DNA of 64,000 bases from a virus. The translations under genes were made by a program, and so were the position numbers. How positions within the stretch are numbered: position 1 is the first letter of the stretch; each line of letters opens with the position of its first letter. The DNA is taken from positions 9,382 through 73,381 of IMG/VR virus record IMGVR_UViG_3300050821_012250; one strand, 5' to 3'. The notes under the pieces were generated by a model. It saw nothing but the letters and a program-made list of their open reading frames with translations, made no database searches and was not told the origin of the DNA. Of this stretch, positions 28,961-39,510 are shown piece after piece.

Positions 28961-29191
28961 CTATCCTTCAGCGACAGAGTTTTCCATTTGAACGCGTTCA
29001 AATCGCTCACCGACTCGGAGCTCCAACTCCAGGAGACGTAGCATGGCCTCCGGAATCGTATTGATGCCGGCATGCCAGGATTTGACGTAGACAGGGTTTC
29101 GGTAGAGAATGCGGCCGACTTCGGGCGGAGTGAGCTTATGAGAGTGCATAAGCTGCCGTAGCCGCTGAGTGCGGCCATCGAATCTGGACAT
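28961..29191 (-). CDS. Small HTH regulator
   Basis: LRQLM..HKLT..EVG.IL....VKSW...IP...LRLLEL. Confidence 0.6.
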   Translation of the reverse strand: MSRFDGRTQRLRQLMHSHKLTPPEVGRILYRNPVYVKSWHAGINTIPEAMLRLLELELRVGERFERVQMENSVAEG

Positions 29192-31868
29192 GAGACCCCC
29201 GGAACGGGTTAGACTTTCTGCTTAGCTAGCGAATCTAGCGCTAACGGGGGCGTCGCACAAGGGGATGTGACAGATTTCTTTAGCCCTCCGGATTGGAATC
29301 CTCCGGTGCCCCTGTATCGCCGCTGTAAACCCACGGACAGGGCTCCTGCAAGCACTTCTCCGCAATACCGAGGGCCTCGCAGCGCATGGAGCACAACGCG
29401 CAGGGCGCGAGGTCATTCATGGTTTGCGGAGAATCCGCAATCATCACTCTCCTCCACCCTCCACTTCTTCACCGCCAACTCCACCCACACGTTCTGACCT
29501 TGGCTCGGCGCCACCAGGTTATGTTTGCGCGTGAATTTCTTGCGGTATTCGCGAAAGCAGGCTTTGTCGTGGCGCACGGGGAGGTTGTGGGCGGCGCAGA
29601 GGATCACGACTTCTCCTCCAACTGCCGCCATAAATGCTTCTCCACCACATCGGCCAGATGCAGATTATCAGCCCACTGATTATCCCCGTGCCGCGCGCAA
29701 ACCTGGCGCAGAATGGCCACCGTCCGCTCGCGCTCGCTGATCCAACTCATTCGCGAGACCTCTTCCGAATCGTAGCCGAGCTCCTTGACGCACTGCTCGA
29801 GCAGCTTCACCCAGACACGCCGCTCGCCGCAGAGATAGGCTTCTTCTTCTGACTCGGTCATTTTTTCTCCACGATATTTCGCAACTCCAACACATTCTCC
29901 AGTGCCGGACTCCGCCACTCCTCCCGACATCCCCGGAATTCGCCCACTGCCGCCATATCCACGGCCGCGAGCTGCATTTTCAGCGTCTCGACCTCGAGGC
30001 GCAGACGTTTGAGCTCGGTCCAAGGCCAGATGCTCATACTTTCTTCTCCCTGCGCATACCGACCGGCCACAAATCCAACGTAATGTACCGCGTCACGCAC
30101 CGCGCTGCCTCAGTCGCATCGGCGAAAGTGGCCACCCAGGACTGTCCGTCATCGCCGCCGACAATCTGATGTTCACCTTCGGCGACTTGGATCACGCGCA
30201 GCGATTGCGGATCGACGTGAGTAAAGGGAGCGCTCATGATGATTTCTTCTCTGCTTTCTGCTTCTCCCTGATCCGCTGTTCGCTCATTCTGTCGGCGAAC
30301 AGCCCGATCGTGTTGGCCATTTCCAACAATCGCTCTCCCTGGCGCTGCAGATCCCGCGCGACCGCGTAATAGGATTCAATCAAGGCGCTGACTTCATCGT
30401 CCATAGCGTGCCTCGTACCGTACTTTTTCCAAACGACTGAATGCCCAGTCGATCGACAGCGTCAACGTACCTCCTATCAAACACCATACAACACGCTCAA
30501 GCGGTACCGGATGACCGATTGGAATGTAGTGAGCCAATACCAGTCCGACCATGAATCCGATCCAAACAACAGTGCGTCTCATACGGTTTCCTCCACCGGT
30601 ATATCGTCGAGTCGACAGAATCTGACCCAGTCCTGCGGCGGCCGCTTCTTGCGCAGACAAACGGCTCCCACATCAAACCGGCGCCCATCGAAAGTGCGAA
30701 TCCAATATCCAACGCCACCGACATAGTCGAGAGAGTGCGTAGGCAGGCTATCCACAGTCACATCTGTGCCGAAATATCTATCCGATTTCGAATCATGCCA
30801 GTCAGCCTTATCATAAGGCTCCAATCGCGCGATTTCTCCGATATGAAACTGCGGCATCACGACTTTCGATTCCAATAGGTTTCAACGAGCACGGCAAAAA
30901 CAGCGGCAAACCCGACTATCAGACAAATGAAAAGTCCCACTGCAACCAGACTCCAGAACGGCGCGAATATCCACCACCAGGACCAATCAATAACGCCACA
31001 GAGTTTTGATAATGCGGCAATCATGCTCAGGAGAATGAGCAGACCGAGCCCGCGAGCAGGAAGGGGATTTCGCGGCTTCATCGTTCGAATTCCGCCGAAT
31101 CGATCATCCATTGCAAACGCTCCTTGGTAGCCGCGTAAAATCGCGTACCAACGTCCCGACCGATTCGGCCTCATATGCCACGCCAGAATTATAGAGCGGT
31201 CCATACGCCGTCTCCAGCGCTTCAAAATCCGGATAGGCGAGCTTCTTGAGGAGTGAATAGATTACCGTCCATTCCGCGAAACTGAGAACGCCATCACACG
31301 GCACCTCGAATGCGGGAATGGCGAACCGCTGATTGATGCGCTCGAGGTCGATCGACAGAGGCTTGGATTTCATGGCGCGTCTCCGTGATAGAGTGCGCGG
31401 ACGTTAACATGAAATTATTTGAATTGCACCTTGGACTGCGGATTGTCATCACGATAATGCAGGATGACCAGACCGGTACTCTCAACGCGCAATCCCCGCG
31501 CGATATCCCGCAATTGTCGCTGCCGCTGCGTGATGGGCAGCAGATTCTGCGGCGTGCAGACGGTGCAATAATACTGCTGGTACCAGCGCTCTCCGATGCG
31601 CGGGTCCATAATCACCACCGTACGCTCGGACAGGACCTCACATTCGATCGGCCATGTAAGCCCGACCTTCTCCAGTGCCTCCAGATTCTCATGATTGAAA
31701 TTCAGGACGCGACGCCAGAGTCCGTCATCGCATTTCACATCGAAGCAGTTGCCGTGCTCGTGCGGAGGTTCGCCATAGACACCAACAAGGGTAACGCTGC
31801 CGATTTCAAGGGCTTTCATAGTTTGATCCCGTTCGCAAATGGCCGCGTCCCTGCGGCCCAGGGCTTTC

Positions 31869-32267
31869 CTAGAGTTCCGCGATCTTTTTCTGAAGTTCCT
31901 CAATTGGCAACGCCTCCAGATGCGCGTCCTGCTTCTTCGCCAGAATCTCCAGCAGCCGTTGTTTCGTCTCGGCACTCTCGCGCCGTTTGGCTTCCTTCTG
32001 ATTCTCCTCCTTGCGCGTGTCGATGATATGTTTCACGATATCAAATCGCAGCTGGACGGTCGGATCAGTCTTCGATTTCTCATCGACGAATGATGCTACC
32101 TCAGCGGTGCTGCGCAATTCCCGATGTAGACTCAAGGCGATGTCATCTAGATTGGGTTTGCCGACCATCGAGGTCAATGGCAAATCCCACAGCTCTTCCA
32201 CTGATAGCTCACCACGCGAGGAGGTGAATCGAAGTTTCTGTCTCGTAGCTTGATCAAACATTCTCAT
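31869..32267 (-). CDS. Conserved-looking phage protein, partner of the 672-aa gene
   Basis: MF.QATR.KLRF.S.RG.LSVE.LWDLPL followed by a coiled coil; 9 nt from the upstream gene, with an AGGAG RBS. Confidence 0.7.
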   Translation of the reverse strand: MRMFDQATRQKLRFTSSRGELSVEELWDLPLTSMVGKPNLDDIALSLHRELRSTAEVASFVDEKSKTDPTVQLRFDIVKHIIDTRKEENQKEAKRRESAETKQRLLEILAKKQDAHLEALPIEELQKKIAEL

Positions 32268-32276
32268 GATCTCCTG

Positions 32277-34295
32277 TTAAAAAACAATCTTGACTGTTCG
32301 GGTAAACGAGCCACTGATTTTGGCCAGCACCTCATTTCGCTGCGTGCTGGAAAATCCCAGCCCACTCAATTGCTCCGTCGATTCCTCAGTGCGCATCTTG
32401 GCCCCGACCATCTCAATAACCTTGCGATGCGCATTCAATTCCTCTTTCAAAAACTCGTTATAGAACCCGCGCGCCTGTCCATCGTTCGCGCAGCCATCCA
32501 ACATGAAGAAATAATGCTTGTTGCCAATTGGATGCTCACTCCAATAGTTTGGTGATAGCATTACAACATTGACTCGCTGGAACTGCTGGGTTTTCAATCC
32601 CCATGCCGTTTGTGAGATCTGTGTCGATGGCAACGATTCCATTATCTCGATGCCGTTCTTGCGCGAATAATTTAATTTGGCTACGAGCACATCAGTATCC
32701 TGGCGTACTGCCTTCTCATAAGCGAACTGGTGAATGGCTCCGAGATAATCTAACTCCACCTCGAAACCAATATCGATCGTTTCGCGCTGCCGGTACTGGC
32801 GCACAAAAAGTTGATAAAGGCCCTCCTTCATGCGCGAACGATCAGTGTAGAAAATGTTCTCCACTGGAGCGCGAGTATGACCTGACCCCGCGTTCATATC
32901 GACATCCAGCATGCCGCCACACGCTGATAGCGTGCGTTTGTTACCGAAGTAAATCTCGTAGTCGGTCGGCTCGCGCATATGGAAATCAAGATCATCGAAA
33001 TTAGACCAAGCCAACCGACAACACAAATCACCGGTCACCGTGCCGCCAGCTTGCTTCACACGCTCCTTGATCGAATCCGCCACATCCCCCGTATAGGACC
33101 AGGAGAAGCCATTGTCCCATTTGAACAGCCGATTAGCGGTGGGATCGGCTGGCGCCACCAGACTTACCAAATTCTGGATATGCCGATTCTCCACCATGAT
33201 CTCAACCGATTCAGCGCGCGGCAGGATCTCGCTGATGAAAGTCTCAATGGGTACCTCCTCGACGCGCTCAAAGCTCCTACTGCTGAGCGCTCTCGTGGCG
33301 AGAGTATCGAATACATCACCCGTTAGGGATTTCCGCGCCGACCGGTCGGCGAAAAGGATGTTATTGACATTGATATCGGTAAGACGCGCATAACGGCGCT
33401 CCAATGCCGATACCAGGCCTAATTCCTCCAATGTCTGCTTTGCAGCAGCGATCATTTTTGGCGTCACCAGCGCAGTCGGACGTTTGTAATTAGTCGGTGC
33501 CACGACCATTTCGAACTTGCGTACCGCAGCCTCCAGATCGAGCCCCTCAGATAGATCGACCAGCAGCGTCCCGATAGAAGTATTGCGGATCTTGGTCACG
33601 GAGCCCGGAAGATCCTTCAGGCGCGACCAGACAAAAACATCTCGTGCGCCATCATCAGTCAATTGGCCGAATTCCTGCTGCAACCGCTGAAATAACGTGA
33701 GTGTCGTATGATGCTCTGACCCGCGATATAGCGAGCCCTGTCGGATCAGATCCAGGACGGTCTCAACTGAATCGAGCGTCAATTCTTTCAGACTCCGCAG
33801 CAGTACGTCATGCTGGGCATGACGTTCCGATAATTTGGGACCGATATCGATGCCCTGAACAATGCATTTCGCCGGTAGATTGGCGAAAAAATGATTATAG
33901 GTGACCACCCGATCGGTCAACTGCTCGAAGTTCCGATCCGTACCCGCGACCGGCTCAGTATGCAGAAATACATTCGCGATCGGCCGCGTTTTCACGATTC
34001 TCGCCAAGGCATCCGTGACGGTCTGATAGGCTGATTCTTCCATCACCACATCCCATAGGCTCACGATCCGTCCGTCGATGATCGCGACCACATCACCGAT
34101 TGCGCGAATGTATTGGCGACAGCACGAGCAATCGTATTCCCGTCGCTCTCGGAAAATCGGATTCGTCCCAGCGGGAAATGATTCAATATAGGTTGACCAT
34201 AACAGGTCTTTCTCGACATCGACGCGGAATAATTCATGGCGCGATAACAACTCGAATTGCTTCGCAACTGCTTGCTTGAAGACTTTGAAATCCAT
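32277..34295 (-). CDS. Large phage protein of unknown function (CxCC motif; YfaP/DUF2135-like segment)
   Basis: 672-aa ORF; YDCSCCRQ near the N-terminus; LAW..DDLDFH..EP..IYF...GG.LDVD..N...VENI segment. Confidence 0.75.
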   Translation of the reverse strand: MDFKVFKQAVAKQFELLSRHELFRVDVEKDLLWSTYIESFPAGTNPIFRERREYDCSCCRQYIRAIGDVVAIIDGRIVSLWDVVMEESAYQTVTDALARIVKTRPIANVFLHTEPVAGTDRNFEQLTDRVVTYNHFFANLPAKCIVQGIDIGPKLSERHAQHDVLLRSLKELTLDSVETVLDLIRQGSLYRGSEHHTTLTLFQRLQQEFGQLTDDGARDVFVWSRLKDLPGSVTKIRNTSIGTLLVDLSEGLDLEAAVRKFEMVVAPTNYKRPTALVTPKMIAAAKQTLEELGLVSALERRYARLTDINVNNILFADRSARKSLTGDVFDTLATRALSSRSFERVEEVPIETFISEILPRAESVEIMVENRHIQNLVSLVAPADPTANRLFKWDNGFSWSYTGDVADSIKERVKQAGGTVTGDLCCRLAWSNFDDLDFHMREPTDYEIYFGNKRTLSACGGMLDVDMNAGSGHTRAPVENIFYTDRSRMKEGLYQLFVRQYRQRETIDIGFEVELDYLGAIHQFAYEKAVRQDTDVLVAKLNYSRKNGIEIMESLPSTQISQTAWGLKTQQFQRVNVVMLSPNYWSEHPIGNKHYFFMLDGCANDGQARGFYNEFLKEELNAHRKVIEMVGAKMRTEESTEQLSGLGFSSTQRNEVLAKISGSFTRTVKIVF

Positions 34296-34344
34296 CGTAG
34301 TTCGCCTTTTTTATAAGATGTCAGTAAATCGTGACACGGTCGGA

Positions 34345-34497
34345 TCAGATCTTTGGCACGCTCCCAAACCACCGCAGATTGAGCGCTTCCAACGTCGGCA
34401 TATCAAGCTGTCGCGGCACAACCGCATCAATCTGGCAATGCGGACACAATGCGGTGTTGCCCCGGTCGGTCCAGTCTGCGACCTCTGCGCGCGTCAT
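34345..34497 (-). CDS. Small CxxC protein (50 aa, not in the ORF track)
   Basis: GAGG RBS; MTRAEVADWTDRGNTALCPHCQIDAVV...RWF. Confidence 0.5.
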   Translation of the reverse strand: MTRAEVADWTDRGNTALCPHCQIDAVVPRQLDMPTLEALNLRWFGSVPKI

Positions 34498-34510
34498 TGA
34501 AATTCCTCAG

Positions 34511-34558
34511 TTGTAAATCATGTTCGCGCACGCTATCATATTTTCCATTGACAGGCAA
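34511..34558. promoter_or_regulatory. Overlapping divergent sigma70-like promoters
   Basis: Plus strand TTGTAA-17-TATCAT; minus strand TTGCCT-17-TAGCGT; the -10 elements overlap between divergent genes. Confidence 0.55.
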
Positions 34559-34919
34559 CGAGGCTGAGCGGATGAAAAAGACTAAGGCCGGATTTATCCT
34601 GAAGCCGGATTTGTTTGATAGTAACGGTCTCGTTGCTGAATTCGAGACAGATCGAATAAATCATCCAGAACATTTCGGCGAAATCTATATTCTCAATGGA
34701 TGGCTCGATATTTATAAAGCCCGTCAACTGCGTGATTTTCTGAATGAGGTACTGCCACCATGACGCGCGCTTTCCCCATCCGCTGGTCGTTCCAAGTTCT
34801 CTCAAACGACACTGGGTTCCGTTTTTTTCGTTCTGACACCGCACAAGTCTGGCTGCGTGTCGGCTATACCGTTGATGATGTCCGCTCATTGATCGACTAT
34901 CTCAACACAAGGACCTGAT

Positions 34920-35174
34920 ATGCGCGAACATAATAAGGAAATGACTATCCTCCAACGCCGCGTCTACGATTTCATCCGCACGCGGATGGAAACCGAATTC
35001 TGTCCACCAACGCGCGTGGAGATCGCTCGGAACTTCGGCTGGCGTTCGCCGAATGCGGCCGAGGATCATCTTCGGGCACTGGAGAAAAAGGGCGTGATTC
35101 GATTGCTGCCCAATACCTCGCGCGGCATTCAGTTGATTGAGCTGCCCGTGCTGCAGCCGCCGACCGCACAATGA
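34920..35174 (+). CDS. LexA N-terminal DNA-binding-domain-only protein
   Basis: PPTRVEIA..FGWRSPNAAEDHLRALEKKGVI..L...SRGI.L, closely resembling gammaproteobacterial LexA winged HTH; ends before the peptidase domain. Confidence 0.85.
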   Translation: MREHNKEMTILQRRVYDFIRTRMETEFCPPTRVEIARNFGWRSPNAAEDHLRALEKKGVIRLLPNTSRGIQLIELPVLQPPTAQ

Positions 35175-35629
35175 CCGCTTATGAGATCCAATGCTACCAT
35201 TGGCTGCGCCGCGCGCTTCGCGACGAGATCGGCGTGCCCTTCGAAGGTCCCGGCCGCAAGCGCAAACTGAAAGACGCCGAGGCGCGAGCAATCGCGGTCA
35301 TCGTACTGGCACAGCCTCATGGATACCGTGATCGCATGATTGAGAACATCGGCGAGCGCTTGTTGATCAGCCGTTCCACCTTGCGACGGGCGATCTTGAA
35401 CTACAGAACGAAAGTCAAAGTGACACTCACGCTTCCGGCGCCGAAGTAGGTTTCCTGGATTTCCGCGGTTTCGGCGCTTTCGCATCGACCAGATCAAATT
35501 CCGTCTCGCAGTGACGGCATTTGCGGCTCGTGGCGTCTTTAGATAGCGGCGCGCTCACGGCGATGCAGTTGGGACAGCTCGCCCAACGGCGACCGGACTT
35601 AGTCACATGGATGATGGCAGTGCGGCGGC

Positions 35630-35980
35630 TCATGCGGATACTCGACCGCCCAACATGGAGATTACATCAGAATCTGTCCTCCAAACGTGGTATTGCGCGC
35701 CATGTTGCTCGCACCATGTAAAAAATCTTTTTTGCAAAGGCGTGAATTCCGACTTCTGCCCTTCGCGTTCAGGTTTCTTGATTTCGATCACAAACCAACG
35801 TCCTCGTGCCCAGCACCAAAAATCCAAGGGACCGGCCATGAAAATATGAGCGCCAAGTTTTTCGGCAAGCTGGATGAGAGGATCTTCATTTGCGTCCCGA
35901 TGAACGTCCGCGAGCCGATGGCGGCGAGAAGCTTTCACGACAATGCCGTCCTCAACTGCACATGATTGCATCGAACACAT
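35630..35980 (-). CDS. VRR-NUC-like PD-(D/E)xK nuclease
   Basis: HRDANE..I, PLD, VIEIK.P and T.LQ..F motifs; start position uncertain. Confidence 0.7.
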   Translation of the reverse strand: MCSMQSCAVEDGIVVKASRRHRLADVHRDANEDPLIQLAEKLGAHIFMAGPLDFWCWARGRWFVIEIKKPEREGQKSEFTPLQKRFFTWCEQHGAQYHVWRTDSDVISMLGGRVSA

Positions 35981-36133
35981 CGCCGTTCTTGGATGATCTT
36001 GATACGTTCCGTCGGTGCGAATGAAGTGCCTTTCGCCCCTTCCACGTCATCCGATCGGACAAAGATGGCCTGTTTGATATCGCGCCACGGCGAGTATTTG
36101 TGCAAAATGTGAAGCATCTGAATTCCTGAAACT

Positions 36134-36205
36134 TTCGGAGGGCAGGATTCGAACCTGCGTATGCGGGAATCAAAATCCCGTGCTTGGCCGCTTAGCTACC
36201 TCCGA
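36134..36205 (-). tRNA. tRNA-Gln(UUG), CCA not encoded
   Basis: Acceptor TCGGAGG/CCTCCGA; anticodon arm CGGGA-TTTTGAT-TCCCG; T arm GCAGG-TTCGAAT-CCTGC. Confidence 0.88.
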
Positions 36206-36772
36206 ATATTCCTGTTGAGCTTTCGCAGCCTTAATCCTGATTCTCCGCCGCACCCAATACATGCGATTCGCCTCGTGACATTCCTCGCATCGGCAACCGA
36301 TCTGATAGCTATAGCGCGTTCCACATTTCCGTGTCCGCTTCGGTCCACGTGGGATCTTCACACCCGCATACGCCCGACAATAGACGCGATTAGCCTCCTT
36401 GCAAGGCTCGCAGCGGCAGCCATGGACGTAGGTTGATCGCGTGCCGTGGAGCTTCGCATTGCTTCTCTGCGCAGCCTTAATGGTGTCCTGAGCAGCCTGC
36501 CACATCGTCTGATGCACCTTCTTGGCCAACCGGCATTCGGGACATCGGCATCCGAGTGCATAACTGGAGACTTTTCCATGTTCCGCGACCTCCGGAGCAT
36601 TGCGGCGGCGTTCCAGATAATCCCGCAGATATCGCGAATTGGCCTGCACACACGGTTCGCACCGACAACCTTTCGCGTACATCGATCGCGTACCGCATTG
36701 AGCCACTTTCACGGCGCGGCCTTCGGCATCTTTTTCGCGGCCTTCTGATATTTTCTCAACTTGCGCGTCCAT
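36170..36772 (-). CDS. Protein with four (H/C)G...Y..GCRC..C zinc-finger-like repeats
   Basis: Repeats CGTRSMYAKGCRCEPC, HGKVSSYALGCRCPEC, HGTRSTYVHGCRCEPC and CGTRYSYQIGCRCEEC. Confidence 0.7.
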   Translation of the reverse strand: MDAQVEKISEGREKDAEGRAVKVAQCGTRSMYAKGCRCEPCVQANSRYLRDYLERRRNAPEVAEHGKVSSYALGCRCPECRLAKKVHQTMWQAAQDTIKAAQRSNAKLHGTRSTYVHGCRCEPCKEANRVYCRAYAGVKIPRGPKRTRKCGTRYSYQIGCRCEECHEANRMYWVRRRIRIKAAKAQQEYSEVAKRPSTGF

Positions 36773-37095
36773 TGAGCAACAGCCCGCTTAGCCGTTCGAG
36801 GCGGCAACTGCTTCGCCTCTTTCAACTGTTGTTGCGCATTTTTGAGCAGCCACGCCATCTGCGTCCGCGTGAGCTCCTGTCGGTTCGCGCGGTCCTCGAC
36901 CATCCAGCGATGGAGTTTCTGTAGATCCTCGATATGCGTAAGGCCGCTGCGTTTGATGGTGTAGGCGTAGAGACTCTCGCGTCGGATGCCCACCAGGTCA
37001 GCGATGATTTCCTGTCGCCGATAAGAGTGAGCACCCAGATAATCCATGATTTCGTCACGCAGGCTGAGGAGATCGATCGTCTTCGTCATTCGCAT
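36709..37095 (-). CDS. HTH (Cro-like) regulator at the genome divergence point
   Basis: QEIIADLVGIRRESLY HTH; first gene of the leftward arm. Confidence 0.55.
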   Translation of the reverse strand: MRMTKTIDLLSLRDEIMDYLGAHSYRRQEIIADLVGIRRESLYAYTIKRSGLTHIEDLQKLHRWMVEDRANRQELTRTQMAWLLKNAQQQLKEAKQLPPRTAKRAVAQWTRKLRKYQKAAKKMPKAAP

Positions 37096-37200
37096 ACCGT
37101 AGCATACGTGCGGGAGTGCGCACAAATGGAACGACGGCTTGCATCAAGACTTTTTGTGTGCGAGCATGGGCACATCGAATGGATCGAAGGGAGAGTTTCC

Positions 37201-37388
37201 ATGCTCGTATTGAATCGCACGGTAAAGCAAGCGGTCATCATCGGCGACGGTGAGATCGAAATTCAGATTCTCAGCATCGAAAAAGGCCGCGTGCGTCTCG
37301 GCATCCGGGCACCCAAACGCTAACAGTTGATCGTGCAGAAATTTTCCTGCGCAAGCAAGCTGAGAAAGCCGCCAAGGGTGTCGCATGA
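37201..37388 (+). pseudogene. csrA: CsrA/RsmA homologue with a 1-nt frameshift near 37319
   Basis: MLVLNRTVKQAVIIGDGEIEIQILSIEKGRVRLGIRAPK then a stop; another frame continues LTVDRAEIFLRKQAEK to a TGA overlapping the next ATG. Confidence 0.8.
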
Positions 37389-38035
37389 GTCCGGCGTTGA
37401 ACCTACGCGAGATCCGCACGCGCGTCATTCGCGAAAGGCGGCAGATGGAATCCTCAAGCCGCAAGATCGCCGTCTATCGTCGGGCGTTATTGGAGGCGCT
37501 TCCTGAATCTGATGAGTATGAAGACTTCCTTATGCGCCTGATTGATCCTGCTGTGAGTGACGCGGATGTTGGCGCGGCCGCGCGCGCGATGGTGAAGAAA
37601 TACATTGAGGAAGTCGCGAGTTATCGGGGTGAGGAGTTATGACATCGGAGACGCCGGTCGCAGCAGCGCTGGAAATCATCGAGCGTTACGGCGGCATCGA
37701 TGGTGAACATCACAAAATGTGGGTTATTGATCAGATCGCCCGCGCCCTACTCGGTGATGCTTATCCGCAGTGGGTCGTCGACATGAAGGCTGGCGAGGAT
37801 GGTCCGAACACCTACGACTGGGATGAAGGAATCGCGCCATGACCCAGGAAAATGTTCCCATCCTAGCCAAAGAAGGCGACGAATGGGTGTTGAAAGTTGA
37901 CGGAGAAGCCCCGGTGCGAATTCCTTACGCCCAACGGGCATTGGCCAATTCCATCTGGAAAGCCGCACAGCGGGCTTACATCAACGGCAGGATCGACGTG
38001 ATGCAAGCCATGCAGCGAGCGATGGGAATTACAAC

Positions 38036-39010
38036 ATGACCTCAAAACAGCGGTTACCTTTCCAGCGGCGCGTGGTCGATTGGATGATGGAGACCTTCAG
38101 CATGGAGGTCTGTCGCGATAACGCCGAGCGTAATCACCGTTTTCTGGAAGAGGCGTTAGAGCTGGTCCAGGCTATGGGTTGCACGGCGGCCGAGGCGCAT
38201 ATGCTGGTCGATTACACCTTCGGGCGCCCCGTAGGCGATCCCGAGCAGGAAGTTGGCGGTACCATGGTCACACTGGCCGCGCTCTGTGCTGCGGCCGATG
38301 TCAGCATGGCGGAACTGGGTGAGCGCGAGTTAGCGCGATGCTGGCAGAATATCGACCGCATTCGAGCCAAGCAGGCCGGGAAGCCTCGCAGCTCGCCGTT
38401 GCCAGGACCATCGCCGGACGAGAGGGTCACGGAGAACTTGCGCTCCCACTTGGAGCTTGAGCGGATGACAAGTTCCGAGCTTCGCGCCATGGTCAACGGC
38501 CGCGACAGAACTATTTCCGAGTTAAACGCGAAACTCGCCGCATGCACACCGTCCGAGACGAAACCGCCTCTCGGACAAGAGCCATGGCGCCTCTCGCTGC
38601 CGGTGATCACCGTTCAGATGTTGGCTGATTACGGTCAGGAAGGTTTCTTCGAGAAGACAGACCAACCGGTGCAAGGTGTTACCGGCGTGAGTTGGTCGAG
38701 CGCTGCCGTAGATTTTGCCTGCATGTTGCAGGGCCGGCAGCAAGAACGACTCGCTGTGGAACCGCCGGATGCTCCTCTCGGTTTGATGTACGAATGTCGT
38801 GATGAGCTTGCGCGCTTGAACTCTCCGCTATATGAGAGGGTGTGGAAGTGGTGCCAGGAACGTCAACAGAAAGGACCCGCTGTGGAACCGGAAGCGCCTA
38901 AGCGGGACTGCGTGCATTCCATTCATGTCGATTACTGCCCGTCGTGTCAGGAGGATCTGAAATACCTGCGCACACCGGAAAAAGCCACTTGTCGCAAGGA
39001 CGATCTTTAA
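38036..39010 (+). CDS. Modular protein with an N-terminal MazG-like NTP pyrophosphohydrolase domain
   Basis: RFLEEALELVQA...QEVGG.MVTL acidic motif pair. Confidence 0.55.
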   Translation: MTSKQRLPFQRRVVDWMMETFSMEVCRDNAERNHRFLEEALELVQAMGCTAAEAHMLVDYTFGRPVGDPEQEVGGTMVTLAALCAAADVSMAELGERELARCWQNIDRIRAKQAGKPRSSPLPGPSPDERVTENLRSHLELERMTSSELRAMVNGRDRTISELNAKLAACTPSETKPPLGQEPWRLSLPVITVQMLADYGQEGFFEKTDQPVQGVTGVSWSSAAVDFACMLQGRQQERLAVEPPDAPLGLMYECRDELARLNSPLYERVWKWCQERQQKGPAVEPEAPKRDCVHSIHVDYCPSCQEDLKYLRTPEKATCRKDDL

Positions 39011-39510
39011 TGCGCAGACTCACCACCGAAGAACTTTTCCGCATCGGCCCCACCGGCCTCGAGGAAATCAGCGACGAGACGCTGAACCGGAGGTTGGATG
39101 AGGTTGAGCGGCGGGAGTTGGAGAGGATGGTCGATGGATCTCGGGATTCCACCGATGGATCTTGATCAAATCAAATTCGAAGCCCGTCGTCAGCTCGCCA
39201 AAGAGCATTTTGACGAAGCCGTGCGCGCCGAGGTGACACGGCTGAAAACTCACAAACCGTGGTGGTATATATTTTTTCCGTTCGAAATCACTATCAGGAA
39301 ACGAAAATGAATGAAGTCGCTGATTTAAAGCCAAACTATAGAGAAGTGGTTGCGCGAGCCAAACGCGAAGTATTCGAGGAGAATATCAAGGGAGCGGTCG
39401 AAAAACTGAAAGGCAAACTTCGGGAGCGCGATCGGGCGCAAACGGTGCTCGCCAACATTGATCGCGAGATTGCCGAACTGGAACTCAAGATCGAACAGGG
39501 CAATCTGTAA

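Noticed and set aside
37309-37323. Programmed -1 frameshift in csrA
   Set aside because: CCC AAA C is not in the X XXY YYZ register for this frame and no stimulatory structure is evident; an indel is simpler
38753-38891. Repeated GCTGTGGAACCG in the MazG-like modular gene
   Set aside because: Only two short copies encoding an AVEP linker; not an array
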